From: Myxococcales bacterium
GTDB lineage: Bacteria > Myxococcota_A > Polyangia > Nannocystales > Nannocystaceae
Length of the DNA: 64,000 bases
Assembly: GCA_020633335.1 (NCBI GenBank)
Contig: JACKDU010000002.1
Location: 122,730-186,729, forward strand
Direction of reading: 5' to 3'
Position numbers and translations under genes: made by a program. Below the pieces are notes generated by a model. It worked only from the letters and a program-made list of their open reading frames with translations, did no database searches and was not told the origin of the DNA. The first letter of the stretch is position 1; each line of letters starts with the position of its first letter. Positions 8,404 to 19,671 of the stretch are shown here, one piece after another.

Positions 8404-10695
8404 TCATCCGGGCGGCGGTCGATCGAGCGCGCGCCGGACCGCGCTGGCGAGCGCGTCGAAGGTGAAGGGCTTGTCGAGGACCTCGTCGCCCGGGCCCTCC
8501 AGGTCGACCCCGTCGACGTCGCCGCTGATCAGGAGCACGCGGAGCTCCGGCAAGCGCTCGCGGATCGCCGCCGCCAGGGCCGGCCCCCGGAGCTCCGGCA
8601 TGATCACGTCCGAGACCAGGAGGGCGATCGACGGCCCGATCTCGTCGACGATCTCGAGCGCCTCGGCGGCCCCGCGGGCGGCGACGACCTCGTAGCCGAG
8701 CTTGAGGAGGGCGTCGCGCTCGCTCGCCAGGACCTCGGGATCGTCCTCGACGACGAGCACGCGCTCGCCCGCGCGGGCCCGGGGCGGCGCGGCGACGACC
8801 TCCTCGCCCGCGCCCGCGCCCGCGCCGCGCTCCTCGCCGACGTGGCGCGGGAGGTCGACCCGGAAGGTCGTGCCCGACCCGAGCGAGCTCTCGACCGTGA
8901 TCACCCCGCGGCACTGCTGGACGATCCCGTAGACCGTGGCGAGGCCGAGCCCGACCCCCTTCTTCGCCGACTTGGTCGTGAAGAAGGGCTCGAAGATCCG
9001 CCGGAGGTCGGCCGGCGCGATCCCGGGCCCGTCGTCGTGGACGCTGAGCCGGACGTAGTCCGCGAGCGCGCCGGAGGCCCGCGGATCCGGTCGCCGCACG
9101 CTCTCGACCCGCACGTCGATCCGCCCGCGGCCGGCCATCGCGTCGCGGGCGTTGACGCAGAGGTTCACCAGGATCTGGTCGAGCTGGCCTGGATCGGCGA
9201 GGACCCGCCAAGGCTCCCCCCGACGGGCGAAGCTCAGCCCGATCTCCTCGCCGAGGAGCTGGCGGAGCATCTCGAGCATCCCCTCGACCGCGCCGCCGAG
9301 CTCGATGATCTTGGGGGTCACCTCCTCGCGGCGGGCGAAGCTGAGGAGGCGCCGGACGAGGTCGCTCGAGTGGCGGGCGCGCTCGATGATCCCGCGGACA
9401 TGACGGCTCGCGGGATCGTTCGGCCGCAGCGCGTCGAGCGCGAGCTCCGCCCGCATCGAGATCACCGCGAGGATGTTGTTGAAGTCGTGGACCACCCCGC
9501 CCGCGAGGCGGCCGATCGCCTCCATCTTGTGGCTCTGATCGAGCTCGGCCTGGAGGCGGGCGGCCGCGCGCTCGGCCTCCCGCTGATCGGTGACGTCGAG
9601 CTTCTGGACCAGGATGTCGCCGCCCACGAGCGGCGTGATCACGAGGACGACGTCGGCCTTGCCCCGCCGAGTCGACGCGATGCCGCCGGCCCGTAGCTCG
9701 TCGAAGTCGATCGTCGACTCGAGATAGACCCCCTCACCCGCGGCGATCCGGGCGCGCTGCTCCGCCCGGAGGGCCACCCGTTCGAAGAGGTTGATCCCCC
9801 GCAGCCCGTCGATCCCGTCGACCCCGAAGAGCTTGAGCGCCGCCGGATTCGCCTGGAGCACCCGCCCCTCGCTCGAATAGAGGGTGATCGAGATCGGCGA
9901 CGCTTCGAAGATCTGGCGGAGCGCCTCCTCGCTCCGACGCAGCCGCTCCTCGGCGGCCTTGCGATCGCTGATGTCCTGGACCGCGGCGATCCGGTGGAGG
10001 ACCACCCCGCTCGCGTCCTTGAGCGTGGTGACGTCGACGATCACCGGGAAGCGCGTGCCGTCCTTGCGGACGTGGACCGACTCGAAGGAGTAGTGCCCGC
10101 GGCGGTGGGCCTCGGTGATCTCCGCCGGCAGCGCGGCCCGGACCTCGGGGGCGAAGAGCTCGCGCGGCGGCAGGGCGAGGAGCTCGTCGATCGTGTAGCC
10201 GTGGCTCTCGGCGAAGGCGCCGTTGACCATCTCGACCCGCTGGAAGTCGGCGTTGCCGACGATCAGGGGGAGGCGCGCGCAGAAGAAGGCGTGATCCCAG
10301 GGCCTGGGCGCCGCCTCCTGGTCGCCGATGATCTCGATCGTCCCGCGCACGTCGAGGAGCTCGCCGTCGCCGCTCCAGCGACCGCGCCCGCGGATCCGGA
10401 GGACGCGGCGCCGCCCGCCGATCAGCGCGCCCACCTCGCTCGAGAAGGTGGCGCGATCGCGCTCAAGGCCGACCATCCGGAGGCGATGGGCGAGGCGCTC
10501 GTCGTCGCCCAGGAGCGCCTCGAAGGGAAGATCACCCGGCTGGCCGAAGGCCTGCCCGCGCGCGAGGATCGGAGCGAGGTCTGAGAGCCCCGTCGTCCTC
10601 CCGCTCTGTCGATCCCAGGACCAGGCGCCGACGTCTCCTCCCCCGAGCGCGAGGAGGAGGGCCTCGACGTCACTATCGTCGCCGCTCGCGTGCAT
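8404..10695 (-). CDS. hybrid sensor histidine kinase with PAS domains and C-terminal receiver
   Basis: H-box AGGVVHDFNNIL. The HATPase region carries DDGPGI, GVGLGLATVYGIV and FEPFFTTK. The receiver is VLVVEDDPEV...VSDVIMPEL. Confidence 0.85.
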   Translation of the reverse strand: MHASGDDSDVEALLLALGGGDVGAWSWDRQSGRTTGLSDLAPILARGQAFGQPGDLPFEALLGDDERLAHRLRMVGLERDRATFSSEVGALIGGRRRVLRIRGRGRWSGDGELLDVRGTIEIIGDQEAAPRPWDHAFFCARLPLIVGNADFQRVEMVNGAFAESHGYTIDELLALPPRELFAPEVRAALPAEITEAHRRGHYSFESVHVRKDGTRFPVIVDVTTLKDASGVVLHRIAAVQDISDRKAAEERLRRSEEALRQIFEASPISITLYSSEGRVLQANPAALKLFGVDGIDGLRGINLFERVALRAEQRARIAAGEGVYLESTIDFDELRAGGIASTRRGKADVVLVITPLVGGDILVQKLDVTDQREAERAAARLQAELDQSHKMEAIGRLAGGVVHDFNNILAVISMRAELALDALRPNDPASRHVRGIIERARHSSDLVRRLLSFARREEVTPKIIELGGAVEGMLEMLRQLLGEEIGLSFARRGEPWRVLADPGQLDQILVNLCVNARDAMAGRGRIDVRVESVRRPDPRASGALADYVRLSVHDDGPGIAPADLRRIFEPFFTTKSAKKGVGLGLATVYGIVQQCRGVITVESSLGSGTTFRVDLPRHVGEERGAGAGAGEEVVAAPPRARAGERVLVVEDDPEVLASERDALLKLGYEVVAARGAAEALEIVDEIGPSIALLVSDVIMPELRGPALAAAIRERLPELRVLLISGDVDGVDLEGPGDEVLDKPFTFDALASAVRRALDRPPPG

Positions 10696-10887
10696 CAGCG
10701 CCGCCGCCCTCGAAGCTACCCCGGGCCGCGGCGGGGCTCAACCTCGGACATCCACGCGTTTCTGTGGGCCGACGACCCCGATCGCCCCCGCGCCTCCGCG
10801 CGGCCCTGGGCGGTGACGCCTGTCGGACGCCGCCGACCACGCGATACCCTGCCGCGACTCGAGGCGACCCTCGAAGGAGCGACGACG

Positions 10888-11793
10888 ATGAGCAATGGCA
10901 AGGTAGTTCTGATCACTGGCGCCGGCACCGGCTTCGGCCGCCTCAGCGCCGAGACCCTGGCGAACCACGGCTACACGGTCTTCGCCGGGATCCGCGAGGT
11001 CGACGGCCGCAACGCGGCGACCGCCGCCGAGCTCAAGGCGCACGCGAGCGGCCGGATCCACCCGGTCGAGTTCGACGTCACCAGCGACGCGTCGGTCTCG
11101 GCCGCGATCGCGGAGATCCTCAGCGAGGGCGGCGGCCGCCTCGACGTCGTCGTCAACAACGCGGGCGTCGCCACCTTCGGCCTCGCCGAGGCCTTCACGC
11201 CGGCGCAGCTCCAGGCCCTCTTCGAGGTCAACGTGATCGGCCCGCAGCGGGTGAACCGGGCGGCCCTGCCGACGATGCGCGCCCAGGGCTCGGGCCTCCT
11301 GATCCAGATCACCAGCGGCCTCGGTCGGATCATCTTCCCGGTGATGGGGATCTACTCGGCGAGCAAGTTCGCGGTCGAGGCGCTCGCCGAGGCCTACCGC
11401 TACGAGCTCGCGCCGATCGGCGTCGACTCGGTGATCATCCAGCCGGGCGCCTTCCCGACCGGGATCCTCACGCGGACGATGTACGGGGTCGAGGGCGAGC
11501 GCGCCCAGGGCTACGGCGACAACGCCGCGCTCCCCGAGATCATCGGCCAAGCGATGGGCGGGATGCTCAACGGCCCCAACCCACCGGACCCCCAGGACGT
11601 CGCCGACGCGGTCCTGCGGCTCTGCGAGACCCCGACCGGCGAGCGGCCGCTGCGGACCGTCGTCGACAACCTCTCGGGCGACGGCCCGCGGGCGATCAAC
11701 AACCTCACCGATCAGATCCAGGCCGGGATGTTCACCGGCATGGGGATGGGCGGCCTCCTCCAGCCCCGCGGCGGCGACAAGCCGGCGAGCTGA
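10888..11793 (+). CDS. short-chain dehydrogenase/reductase (SDR)
   Basis: AAGGAG RBS 7 nt upstream of ATG. KVVLITGAGTGFG Rossmann motif, NNAG, and the YSASK catalytic motif. Confidence 0.85.
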   Translation: MSNGKVVLITGAGTGFGRLSAETLANHGYTVFAGIREVDGRNAATAAELKAHASGRIHPVEFDVTSDASVSAAIAEILSEGGGRLDVVVNNAGVATFGLAEAFTPAQLQALFEVNVIGPQRVNRAALPTMRAQGSGLLIQITSGLGRIIFPVMGIYSASKFAVEALAEAYRYELAPIGVDSVIIQPGAFPTGILTRTMYGVEGERAQGYGDNAALPEIIGQAMGGMLNGPNPPDPQDVADAVLRLCETPTGERPLRTVVDNLSGDGPRAINNLTDQIQAGMFTGMGMGGLLQPRGGDKPAS

Positions 11794-11816
11794 GGCCGGC
11801 CTCCGCCGCCGGACAG

Positions 11817-11836
11817 ACCTGTCTCTTTCGACAGGT
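11817..11836. repeat. palindrome ACCTGTC-TCTTTC-GACAGGT (same arms as the copy at 59504)
   Basis: Read directly; perfect 7-bp arms. Confidence 0.7.
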
Positions 11837-11841
11837 TCAAG

Positions 11842-11885
11842 GAGACCCCGCCGGGCGCCCGACCGACGCGCCCCGGCGGGGTCTC
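11842..11885. terminator. GC-rich hairpin (14-bp stem GAGACCCCGCCGGG / CCCGGCGGGGTCTC, 16-nt loop) between convergent genes
   Basis: Perfect inverted repeat between the SDR stop (11793) and the pectin-acetylesterase gene end (11891). No U-tract, as is common in high-GC genomes. Confidence 0.55.
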
Positions 11886-11890
11886 ACACC

Positions 11891-12952
11891 TCAGGGGCAG
11901 TTGACGTCCGGCACCTCGACCGCGTGCGTGGTCCCGGAGCCGCTCAGCCAGCTCGAGAGGAGCGTCCGCTGCGAGTGCTCATCGACCTTGACGCTGTTGA
12001 AGAACGCCAGCGTGAGGAGCCCGTGGAGCCAGGTCACCGGGCTGAAGGTCGCGTCGAGATCGGCGATCGAGTCGCGGACCGCCGGGCCGAAGGTGCAATT
12101 GACGTATTGCGCGCGGTCGCCGAGGTAGGGGTAGTCGACCCCGAGGTAGCCGAGGAGGACGATGTCCTGCTGGGCGACGTGGATGAAGATCGGCGCGCTC
12201 AGGGCCGCCACCGCGATCTCGCCGAGGTAGCAGAGGCCGAGGTCGCCCGGGTGCTCGCTGGCGCAGGACTCGTCGACCCGCGCCCCCCAGAAGGCGACCC
12301 CGGCGGTCGCCCGCTCGTAGTAGGAGCCGAGCGCCGGATCAAAGGGCGGGATGTCGACCAGCCAGCCCGCGTCGTCGAGGCCGCGGACCTTGGCGGGAGA
12401 GAGGCGCGCCTTCACCCGGTCGAGGTTGATCAGGACCCCGACGCCGCCGGCGGAGGTCCCCGCGAAGAGGACGTCGAGCCCCGCGGAGGGCTCGAGGTAG
12501 CCCTGGTCGATCAGATCGTCGAGCGCCGCCTCGAGGATCCGCGAGCCCCGGAAGTGACGATCGCCGGTCTCCGGCGCCGCCGCCCGATCCCCCGACCAGA
12601 GGTCCGACGAGCAGTACTTGAGGAAGACGTGGTGGGCGTCGTGGAAGTCGGGGTTGGTGCCCTCGTCGGTCGCGAAGATCCCGCCGGGGTTGAGCTCCTC
12701 CGGCCAGCCCGACGACGACTGGAGGTCCATCGTCCGCGCGTCGCACTCCTCGACGCTGTCGCAGAAGCCGCCGCCCTCGAGGTAGATCAGCCAGCGCGAC
12801 GACTTCCCGGGGCGGTAGTAGTAGCCCGCCGGGGTCCCGTCGTTGCAGATCGCCTGCGGGTCGTCGAGCTCGTGGAGCTCGAGGTGACGCTGGCAGCCCC
12901 CGAGGAGACCGGTGCTGAGGGTGAGCCCGAGGGCGAGGCGGCGCGCATCCAT
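11891..12952 (-). CDS. pectin acetylesterase / Notum-like family lipoprotein
   Basis: Lipobox LLGGC. WLIYLEGGGFCDSVEEC and LFAGTSAGGVG match PAE-family (PF03283-like) motifs. Confidence 0.65.
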   Translation of the reverse strand: MDARRLALGLTLSTGLLGGCQRHLELHELDDPQAICNDGTPAGYYYRPGKSSRWLIYLEGGGFCDSVEECDARTMDLQSSSGWPEELNPGGIFATDEGTNPDFHDAHHVFLKYCSSDLWSGDRAAAPETGDRHFRGSRILEAALDDLIDQGYLEPSAGLDVLFAGTSAGGVGVLINLDRVKARLSPAKVRGLDDAGWLVDIPPFDPALGSYYERATAGVAFWGARVDESCASEHPGDLGLCYLGEIAVAALSAPIFIHVAQQDIVLLGYLGVDYPYLGDRAQYVNCTFGPAVRDSIADLDATFSPVTWLHGLLTLAFFNSVKVDEHSQRTLLSSWLSGSGTTHAVEVPDVNCP

Positions 12953-13046
12953 TCACGCCTTGATGCCCCCGGGGCGCGGGGACGACCAGCGCAAGGAGGG
13001 CGAGCGGCGGGGCGCGGAGGCGCGAACTTTACGGGCCCTCACCCCG

Positions 13047-14114
13047 CTAGAAGTGATAGCTGAGCTGGTACTCGACGCACTCGAGCGCGTTCTGGTTCTC
13101 GACCTTGATCCAGATCGTCGCGCTGTCGTCGAGGCCGTCGCAGTTGATCGTCGGCGTCACCGTCCCGAAGGAGCAGCACCCCTTCTGCCCCTGGGGCGCG
13201 GTGTCGGGGGTCTCGCCGGCGCAGAGCACCGAGGTCCCGCTCGACGCGCAGCGGGCGTAGACGCAGAGGCGCGCCTGGGCGTTGGCGGAGAGCTGGCGGG
13301 TCGGGTTGACGACGTTGAAGGGCTTGTCCTCGCCGTTGTAGACGAACCAGTCGACGTCGTCCGGGCCGTCGAGGGTCGCGCAGACGTAGCTCCCGTCGGC
13401 GTCGTCGTCGGAGATCGTCCCCAGCGAGTAGGCCGAGGCCTGGCTGTCGTTGGGCTCGCCCGGCTCGTTGGTGCACTCGGCGAAGGTCGGACAGGGGCGA
13501 CAGACGCCGTCGGGGTGGCAGTAGCCGCCAGCGCAGGGGGTGTTGACCGCGACCGGCGTCGCCACCGGGGTCATCCCGTCGCAGGAGTCGACCGTGCACT
13601 CGTTGCCGTCGTTGGGGGTGTCGGACTCGTCGACCTCGAAGATCGCCTCGCCGTCGGGGCCGCAGCTCGCGGTCTGACAGTCGCCGTGGATCGGCAGCGG
13701 CGGGTCGGTCTGATCGAGCACCAGGATGATCCCGCCGGACTCGTCGCAGACCGGCAAGTGACAGTCGCCGCGATCGTCGAAGGGCGGATCGTTGGTGATC
13801 ACCGTCTGCCACGAGCCCATGCCGTCGCAGATCAGCCCCCGGCAGTCGCCGTGGATGTCGTCGTCCATCGCCCCCGCCGGCAGGTACTCGGCCTTGCACA
13901 CGTTGTCCTCGTCGCAGGTCAGATCCTCGCAGACGCCGGCCTCGCACTCGGTCGTGCACTCCGGGGTGGTGGTCGCCGTCGCGGTCCCGTGATCGTCGTC
14001 GTCGTCGATGAACCAGCAGCCGGCGGCGACGAGCAAGAGGGGCGCCAGCGCCAAGCCACGCCCGATCCTCAGGAGCACACCGCGACCACCACGTACCCAA
14101 GCCATGGCCCTCAT
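13047..14114 (-). CDS. Cys-rich secreted lipoprotein (myxobacterial)
   Basis: Lipobox LLVAAGC, an Asp-rich linker, and many CxxC / C-x-D-G motifs. Confidence 0.6.
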   Translation of the reverse strand: MRAMAWVRGGRGVLLRIGRGLALAPLLLVAAGCWFIDDDDDHGTATATTTPECTTECEAGVCEDLTCDEDNVCKAEYLPAGAMDDDIHGDCRGLICDGMGSWQTVITNDPPFDDRGDCHLPVCDESGGIILVLDQTDPPLPIHGDCQTASCGPDGEAIFEVDESDTPNDGNECTVDSCDGMTPVATPVAVNTPCAGGYCHPDGVCRPCPTFAECTNEPGEPNDSQASAYSLGTISDDDADGSYVCATLDGPDDVDWFVYNGEDKPFNVVNPTRQLSANAQARLCVYARCASSGTSVLCAGETPDTAPQGQKGCCSFGTVTPTINCDGLDDSATIWIKVENQNALECVEYQLSYHF

Positions 14115-14166
14115 TGTTGCACTCCGCCGCGGCGGGCGCTCGCCCTCCCGCGAGAACGCCGCTCAT

Positions 14167-14196
14167 CCCGAGGGGCGCGCCGCCCGAGGGGCGCGC
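14167..14196. repeat. tandem direct repeat CCCGAGGGGCGCGC x2 (2-bp gap) upstream of the Cys-rich lipoprotein gene
   Basis: Read directly; possible regulator site. Confidence 0.5.
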
Positions 14197-14241
14197 TCGC
14201 GCCGAAGACGTCCGCGACGCGGGCTCGCGCCCGCCCCCGCC

Positions 14242-14787
14242 CTACCAGGTGATGCCGGCGCCGATCGCCGCGCCGTAGGAGGCGGCGAAGAAGCCGTACC
14301 AGCGCATGTCGATGTTCACCGGCCGCGCCCAGAAGCACCAGAAGTCGTTGACGATGAGCTTCACGGTCGGCCCCGCCATCGCGAAGAACGAGTGGTAGGG
14401 CGTCTTGTTCCACTTGTAGAAGCCGTAGCCCGCGGCGACGTGGGGCCCCAGGTAGAGGCCGAGCGGCTTCGACGGGATCAGCTTGAAGTCCCACTCGAAC
14501 ATCGGCCCGACGGCGAAGCCGAAGTAGCGGGCCCAGCCGCCGACGTGGGTCACGACGCCGAGCGCCGGCCCCTCGGCGTTGCCCTTGAAGTGGTAGAGGT
14601 AGTCGAGCCAGGCCGCGCCCGCCGGGCCCGGACCCCGGCCGAAGCCGTAGCCGACGTGCGGTCCGAACTCAAAGCGGTTGGCCTTGGTCCCGTCGCGGAG
14701 CGAGCTCGGGACCGCCTGGGCCTCCGGCGCGGCCAGGGCGAGGGACGCGAAGGTGGTGACGCTGAGCGCGAGGTGGGCGAGGCGCAT
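14242..14787 (-). CDS. small outer-membrane beta-barrel-like protein
   Basis: Signal peptide MRLAHLALSVTTFASLALAAPEAQA. Gly/aromatic-rich alternating pattern with a C-terminal ...GAGITW aromatic terminus. Confidence 0.5.
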   Translation of the reverse strand: MRLAHLALSVTTFASLALAAPEAQAVPSSLRDGTKANRFEFGPHVGYGFGRGPGPAGAAWLDYLYHFKGNAEGPALGVVTHVGGWARYFGFAVGPMFEWDFKLIPSKPLGLYLGPHVAAGYGFYKWNKTPYHSFFAMAGPTVKLIVNDFWCFWARPVNIDMRWYGFFAASYGAAIGAGITW

Positions 14788-14990
14788 GAGGACATGATGC
14801 CCGGAGGAGCAGGCCCTGACTATGGTCCGGCGCACGACGCGCGCCGACGCGCCAGGCGCCCTCTCCAGGCCCGCCGACCGGCCTCTGGCCCCTCGAGCCC
14901 GGGCAGCGCGGAGCCCCGAAGACTACGCCAGCGATCGACGAGCGCGACGCACGAGCGACGACGCAGACCTTTCGGTGTCGCCCGCCGAGA

Positions 14991-15815
14991 TCAGCCGCGG
15001 GCCTCGTCCTCGTCGGGGAGGACGAAGCCGTAGAAGCCCGCGAGGAGGTTGGCGCGGTGCTCCTCGCAGCAGCGGACCGATCGGGTCTCGAGGTTGCGGC
15101 CGTCGGCGACCGGCGGATCGCGCTTGGCCACCAGGAGGTAGGTGCGGACGCCCTTGATCACGTGGCGACCGACCTCGCAGTAGTCGGGGCGCGCGGAGAT
15201 CCGCTGGCGCTCGGCCTCGGTGCCGACCCGCACCCAGGCGACCTCTCCGCAGGCCCCACAGGGCGCGCCCCCTCGCGTCCGCGGGACCTCGACGACATGT
15301 CCGTAGGGCAAGCTCTCGACGTTCGCGCAGCGCATGCAGCGGTACTCGCTGCGGGCGCCCTCGGTGTCCGGGAGCGGCACGCCCCCGAGCGCGTGGGGGT
15401 ACGAGACGTGGACCGAGCCGCGCCCCGCATGCACCCAGCCCCAGGGGAAGGCGTAGAGGACACCGCCGCGGTTGCCGTAGCTCGGCGCGCCCAGGCCGTT
15501 GGCCAGCCAGGTCCAGTGGCGGAGGTCGCGGATCATCACCCGCTCCGCCTCCGGCGGCCGGCCGTCGCCGCAGAGGAGGCGGATCCGGAGCTCCTGGAGG
15601 TGGCCGCGGAAGCAGAGCCAGAGCTCAGCGGCGCGGCCGTCGAGGAGCTGCGGACGCGGCCGAAACCAGTCGGCCTGGCGGGTCGCCCCGGCGGCCAGGC
15701 GGGAGCGGGCGAAGCGGCCGTGGTCCCACGAGGGATCGAGGGTGAGGCCCGCCTCGAGGTTGACCCCGCCGCTCCCCGGATCGATCCACCGCCCCACGCT
15801 CACCCGCCTCGACAA
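14991..15815 (-). CDS. hypothetical protein with two CxxC pairs (Zn-ribbon-like)
   Basis: Strong minus-strand codon bias; CMRCANV and CGACGEV motifs; no recognisable family. Confidence 0.45.
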   Translation of the reverse strand: MSRRVSVGRWIDPGSGGVNLEAGLTLDPSWDHGRFARSRLAAGATRQADWFRPRPQLLDGRAAELWLCFRGHLQELRIRLLCGDGRPPEAERVMIRDLRHWTWLANGLGAPSYGNRGGVLYAFPWGWVHAGRGSVHVSYPHALGGVPLPDTEGARSEYRCMRCANVESLPYGHVVEVPRTRGGAPCGACGEVAWVRVGTEAERQRISARPDYCEVGRHVIKGVRTYLLVAKRDPPVADGRNLETRSVRCCEEHRANLLAGFYGFVLPDEDEARG

Positions 15816-16081
15816 CCCATCGTAGCCCGGCGATCGGCGGTCGGCGAGGACTCTTGTCGCGCCCGAGGATCCGCGGCCGCGCCCGCGAGCGCCGCCGCGA
15901 ACGCGCCGCGCCGCCGCGATGCGCGGAGATCGACCTTGACAGGGTCATCCCCGTCGACGGTTCCAGATGTCTCCTCGGACATGTTCAATCTCAGCGCGCA
16001 GCAGCGCAGCGCACCGACACCGACCCACCTCCACGCCCCCGCGATCTGGCGGCGCGTCCACCCGCGGGCTATCGTCCCCCG

Positions 16082-16423
16082 GTGGATCGACAAGGCCTCG
16101 CCCGCGCCCTCGCGGCCCTCGTCCGCCGCCTCCACCCGACCCCGGCGGCGATCGACGAGGCGGCGATCGACGCGGCGATCGCCGAGGCTATCCCCCGCCT
16201 CCTCGAGGGCGATCCGGTCGACGAGGAGGGCTCGCTGAGCCGCGCCGACCTCTACCGGATCCGCGCGGCCAAGCTGATCGCCCGCCTCCTCCCGGTCGGC
16301 GCCCTGGCGGAGCCCGAGCGCCGCCGCCGGCTCCAGGCCGAGCTCCGTCGCGAGATCGGCGCCCTCCTCGGCGGGCCGCTCCCGCCGAGCCTCTACCTCG
16401 ACCGCCGCCGCCCGCCCGAGTGA
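16082..16423 (+). CDS. small hypothetical protein
   Basis: GTG start in frame with the tail of ORF 15854..16423. Only the last ~113 aa look protein-like. Confidence 0.25.
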   Translation: MDRQGLARALAALVRRLHPTPAAIDEAAIDAAIAEAIPRLLEGDPVDEEGSLSRADLYRIRAAKLIARLLPVGALAEPERRRRLQAELRREIGALLGGPLPPSLYLDRRRPPE

Positions 16424-16427
16424 GCCG

Positions 16428-19400
16428 CTAGCGGGCGCCGCGGGCCCGCCAGAGGAGCGTGAAGAGGCTCGAGGTGACGTAGAGCGTGAGCACGGTCGAG
16501 AGCGCGAGGCCGCCGAGGACCACCGCCCCGACCCCGCGGTAGAGCTCGGAGCCCGAGCCCGGGAAGAGCACCAGCGGCAGGAGGCCGGCGAGCGAGGTCA
16601 GCGAGCTCATGAAGATCGGCCGCACGCGGGCGGTGACCGCCCCCGGGACCGCGTCGACCAGGCGCTCGCCGGCGCGGAGGCGGGCGAGCGCCCCATCGAC
16701 CACCAGGATCGCGTTGTTGACCACGACCCCGAGGAGGATCAGGAAGCCCAGCGCGGTCATCATGTCGAGCGGCTGGGGGCCGAGGTAGGCGTCGACCAGG
16801 CGGAGCCCCAAGACCCCGCCGGCGGCCGCCAGCGGCACCGTCACCAGGACCGCGATCGGCGCGACGAAGTCCTCGAAGAGGGCGGCGAGGAGGAGGTAGG
16901 AGATGATGATCGCCAGGATCAGCACCTCGCCGAAGCGCTCCTTCGCCCCCTCGAGCTGACCGGCGGTCCCGCTCAGGACGACGTCGATCCCCTCCGGGAC
17001 CTCGCCGCGCGCCTGCATGCCGCCGACGACCTGGTCGCGGATCCGCTCCATCGCGTCCTCGAGCGCGAGGTCGAGGGGCGGCGCGACCTGGAGCGTGATC
17101 GCCCGCCGCCGCTCGATCCGCTGGATCAGCGAGGGCCCCGGCGCCTCGTCGATCGTCGCCAGGGTCGAGAGCGGGACCACCACCCCCTCCCCCGCCTGAC
17201 CGGGGAGCGCGACGGCCACCGGCGCCGACGCGAGGTCCTCCGGATCGACGACCGCCGCCCCCTCGCCGCCCGGCCGCGCGGCCCGCAGCGCGACGTCGAT
17301 CTTCGCCTCCCCCTCCTCGCCGAACTCGCCGATGATCGCCCCGTCGACCATCGCGTCGACGACGAGGCCGAGCTCGGCCCCGCCGATCCCGAGGGCGGCC
17401 GCGTCGTCGCGCCGCGGGTGCACCCGGATCTCGGGGGCGCCGAGGTCGAGCGAGGGGATCGGCCGGACCTGGGCGCCGGGGATCGCCCCGCGGATCTCGC
17501 CGAGGAGGCGGCCGCCGAAGTCGACGATCACGTCGAGGTCGGCGCCGGCGATCTCGACCTCGACCGCCCGTCCGCCGCCGATGTTGCGGCCGAAGAGCGA
17601 GGCCTGGGTGGCGACCGCGAAGACCCCCGGGACCCCGGCCTCGAGCTCACGGTAGTAGGCGAGGACGCCGCTGATCCCCGCGGGCTCGCGGGCGACCGCG
17701 CCCATGAAGACCTGGCTCGGGTCACCGACGAAGAAGGAGCGCTCGATCGCCGGCACGCCGCCCTCCTCGACGCCGATGTGGGCGGCGACCTGGGTCTGGA
17801 TCGACCGGCCGATCCGCTCGGTCTCGTCGACCGAGTAGCCGGGCGGCGGCACCAGGATCCCGAAGACGAGGTTGCGGTTGCCGGTCGGCAGGTACTCCAT
17901 CGGCGGCAGGAAGGCGATCGCCAGCGCGCTCGTCAGGCCGACGCCGGCGAGCACCACCGCGAGGGCCCGCGGGCCGGTCGCCGAGACAAACGCGACCTGG
18001 CGGCCGATCGCCGCGCGGATCGCCGCCCCGGCCCGCAGCGCCGCCGCCCCACTCCCCGCGCCCGCGCCCGCGCCCGCGCCCCCGCGTCGCTCGCCCGCGG
18101 CCGCAGGAGGCGGGCCGAGAAGCTCGGGATCGCCAGCACCGAGACCAGGAGCGAGAAGCCGACCGCGAGCGAGATCGCCACCGCGACGTCGCGGAGGAGC
18201 TCGCCGACCTCGTCCTGCCAGGCGACGATCGGCACGAAGACGACCGCGGTCGTCAGGGTCGACGCGAGGATCGCCCCGCCGACCTCCTGGACCCCGCGGA
18301 GGGCGGCCTCGGCCGCCGAGCGGACCCGCGTCCGCCAGGTCTCGATGCTCTCGAGGACGACGATCGCGTTGTCGACGACCATGCCGACCGCGAAGGCCAT
18401 GCCGGCGAGCGAGACGACGTTGACCGTCCGCCCGAGGAGCGACATCCCGAGGATCGTCCCGACCACGCAGACCGGGATCGAGATCGCGATCAACATCGAC
18501 GCCGAGACGCTGCGGAGGAAGAGGAGGAGGACGACGATCGCCAGGGCGCCGCCGAGGACCAGGTTCTGGCGGACGAGGCCGAGGGCGGCGTTGATGTAGC
18601 CGGTCTGGTCGGAGATCAGCTTGATCTCGAGCCCCTCGCGGGCGAAGTGGCTCTCCTGGAGGGCCGCGACCTCCTCCTTGATCCGCTCGGTGACCTCGAG
18701 GACGTTGCTCCCGGCCTCGCGCCAGAGGAGGAGGACCATCGACGGCGAGGCGTCGGTCATCGCCATCGCGCTCCGCTTGCGGAGGCCGAGGCGGATCGTC
18801 GCCACGTCGCCGAGGAGGATCGGCGTGCCGTCGGCCGAGGCGCCGAGGACCACCGCGGCGAGGTCCTCGGGGCGTCCGGGGCGACCGGCGTCCGCACCAG
18901 GTAGCGGCGCTTGCCGAGGGTGAGGTCGCCGCCCGAGACGTCACGGAGCTCGCCGCGGATCGCCGCCGCGACCCGCGAGACCGTGAGGCCGCGGGCCGCC
19001 AGGGCGATCGGATCGAAGTCGATGTGGAGCTCGCGCTCGCGGCCGCCGCGGACCATGATCCCGGAGACCCCGCGGATCCGCTCGAGGCGCGGCAGGATCC
19101 GCTTGTCGACCCAGGTCCGGTAGGCGTCGACGTTGCGGCCGTCGATCCCCTTGATCGTGATCACCGCGAGCGGCGGGCCGGCGTTGTTCGAGGTGTTGAT
19201 CGCCGGCTCGCGGGCGGCCTCGGGGTAGCGCGGGACCTGCGAGAGGCGGTTGGAGGCCCGCACCAGCGCCTCCTCGATCGCCGTGCCGACCTCGAACTCG
19301 AGGGTGATCTCACCGCGCTCGGAGCGGGCGGTCGAGGTCATCTTGACCAGCCCGGGGACGCTCTTGAGCGCGTCCTCCTGCTCCTCCAAGATCTCCATCT

Positions 19401-19671
19401 CGACCTCGGCCGGGGCCGCCCCGGGCCACTCGGTGGTCACCGTCAGGGTCGGCACCGCGATGTCCGGGGTGAGCTGGATCGGCAGCGAGAGCACCGAGAG
19501 CGCGCCGAGGAGGAGGAGGAGGAGGACGCTGGCGAGGACCGTCGCCGGCCGCCGGATCACGGTCGCCAGGAGGCCGGGCTCGTCGCCCAGGGGCGCGTCA
19601 AACCCGGGCGCGTCGGGCCCGCTCGCCAGGTCCTCCCCGGACCTCGCGTCCGCGTCCGCGTCCGCGCTCAT
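16428..19671 (-). CDS. RND efflux transporter, HME/CzcA-like, split into three frames by two indels
   Basis: N-terminal part in ORF 18757..19671, middle in 17933..18853, C-terminal half in 16428..18944. RRYLVRTP...EDLAAVVLG matches the CzcA-family motif. One junction maps to a C-run (gccccggacgcccc). Confidence 0.75.
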